Shown: in pieces, positions 62,701 to 64,000 of the stretch
Numbering within the stretch: position 1 is the first letter of the stretch
Layout: every line of letters starts with the position of its first letter
NCBI GenBank assembly: GCA_951406725.2
Contig: OX597816.1
Coordinates: 178,808,001 to 178,872,000, forward strand
Source of the DNA: Octopus vulgaris
Lineage: Eukaryota
Length of the DNA stretch: 64,000 bases
Direction: 5' to 3'
The notes under the pieces: model-generated
The model's input: the letters and a program-made list of their open reading frames with translations, nothing else
Databases searched by the model: none
What the model was told of the DNA's origin: nothing
Position numbers and translations under genes: made by a program

Positions 62701-63268
62701 CAGAGAAAGGTATATGTTGTTGATGACCTAGTTTTTTTTAGGTGAATCTACAGCAGATTTAGAGCTATAAAAAAATTTGTTTTATTTGGTGGGGGGGTAG
62801 TTTCTGGTAGCAAGTTAGTTTTTATGAGAAGAGGCTGTTAGGCTTTAGCTCAAAACCCTTCTCTTTTACTCATGCTTGGAACTAGCTAGCATTCTCATTT
62901 AAATGAAACTAATCAGTGGTGATCAGCTGACGAGAAGGGAAGCCAGCCACAGAAATTAACTGCAGAAGGATGAAAGATGAAGTTGACCCTGGCAGGACTT
63001 GAACTTACAATGCAAAGAACCGAGACAGATATTGCATGGCATTTGTGCATCACTCAACCAATTCTGTCAAGCAACTGCTTTAAGTAGCACTGGATCTAAA
63101 AAAGATGAATGGCCTTTGATCGCAATTGCACTCAATCAAGACCAACTTGGGACTAAGACAATAGTAACAAAGGGACTCTACAGAGTCACATGACCTACCA
63201 GAAATAGCTGATAAACTCCAAATTCTACTCTACCACCTTAAAAACAGAAAAGGCACATTGTATAAAGT

Positions 63269-63653
63269 CTAAGGAAGCACTCCGTCGGTTACGACGACGA
63301 GGGTTCCGGTTGATCTGATCACCAGAACAGCCTGCTCATGAAATTAACGTGTAAGTGGCTGAGCACTCCACAGACACGTGTACCCTTAACGTAGTTCTCG
63401 GGGATATTCAGCGTGACACAGAGAGTGACAAGGCCGGCCCTTTGAAATACAGGTACAACAGAAACAGGAAGTAAGAGAGAGAGAAAGTTGTGGTGAAAGA
63501 ATACAGCAGGGATCACCACCATCCCCTGTCGGAGCCTCGTGGAGCTTTTAGGTGTTTTCGCTCAATAAACACTCACAACGCCCGGTCTGGGAATCGAAAC
63601 CGCGATTCTACGACCGCGAGTCCGCTGCCCTAACTACTGGGCCATTGCGCCTC
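63269..63653 (-). mobile_element. tRNA-derived SINE (family C), full length, with TSD
   Basis: TGTATAAAGT direct repeat at 63259-63268 and 63657-63666; tRNA-like head. Confidence 0.85.
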
Positions 63654-64000
63654 CACTGTATAAAGTAGTCCTTGATACATAGTGCCTGAAAAAAGGCAGG
63701 GATGTTTACCAAAGGAAAATCTTTGACCCCAGATCTGCTGACTTCAATCTAAAACATCATCCTCAGTTAACAATGGAGCTTCTTTCTTGTTCCTTAACCT
63801 GCAAGAAATGGTAGCCAAATCCCCTTCAGATATCACCTATTACCTTAAAAATGGAAGGGTACACTGAATAATAGACTTCTAGATGCACTATGCTGAAGAA
63901 ATAAAACAAAGAGGTCACAATTGGAACACTTTTGATCATAAGTCTGCTTATCAGGTCAGATAACAACCACCACGAAACAACAAAAACAAATGGAAAATGA

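Noticed and set aside
63570-63653. tRNA gene
   Set aside because: tRNA-like head of a SINE with body, tail and TSD; a second copy lies at the start of the window.

Overview
Eukaryotic, AT-rich, microsatellite-dense DNA. The SINE/LINE families and repeat landscape point to an octopus or other coleoid cephalopod (inference). One host gene is well supported: 11 minus-strand coding exons (59653 to 32217, all GT-AG, phases consistent, 358 aa plus stop) encoding the C-terminal ~85% of an SLC37/GlpT-family (MFS, organophosphate:Pi antiporter) sugar-phosphate transporter. Its first exon(s) lie beyond the window end. The rest is transposon debris: RTE, CR1, R4/Dong-like and Hero-like LINEs, at least five Penelope-like elements, Gypsy LTR remnants, tRNA-derived SINEs, and Helitron, mariner, hAT, piggyBac-like and Chapaev-like DNA elements. 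Nearly all ORFs in the supplied track are repeat artefacts. Main signals not explained by the ORF track: (1) about seven type I hammerhead-ribozyme motifs in short Penelope-linked or retrozyme-like units, from several different families; (2) nested fold-back structures, including a 5.3 kb region bounded by SINE-tail-built inverted arms and an 800 bp palindrome inside an LTR; (3) a MITE carrying a tRNA-like Pol III cassette; (4) a PHD finger inside the RTE reverse transcriptase; (5) a templated inverted insertion into a SINE; (6) hairpins next to splice sites of the transporter gene. Everything was read by eye, so TE boundaries are approximate.
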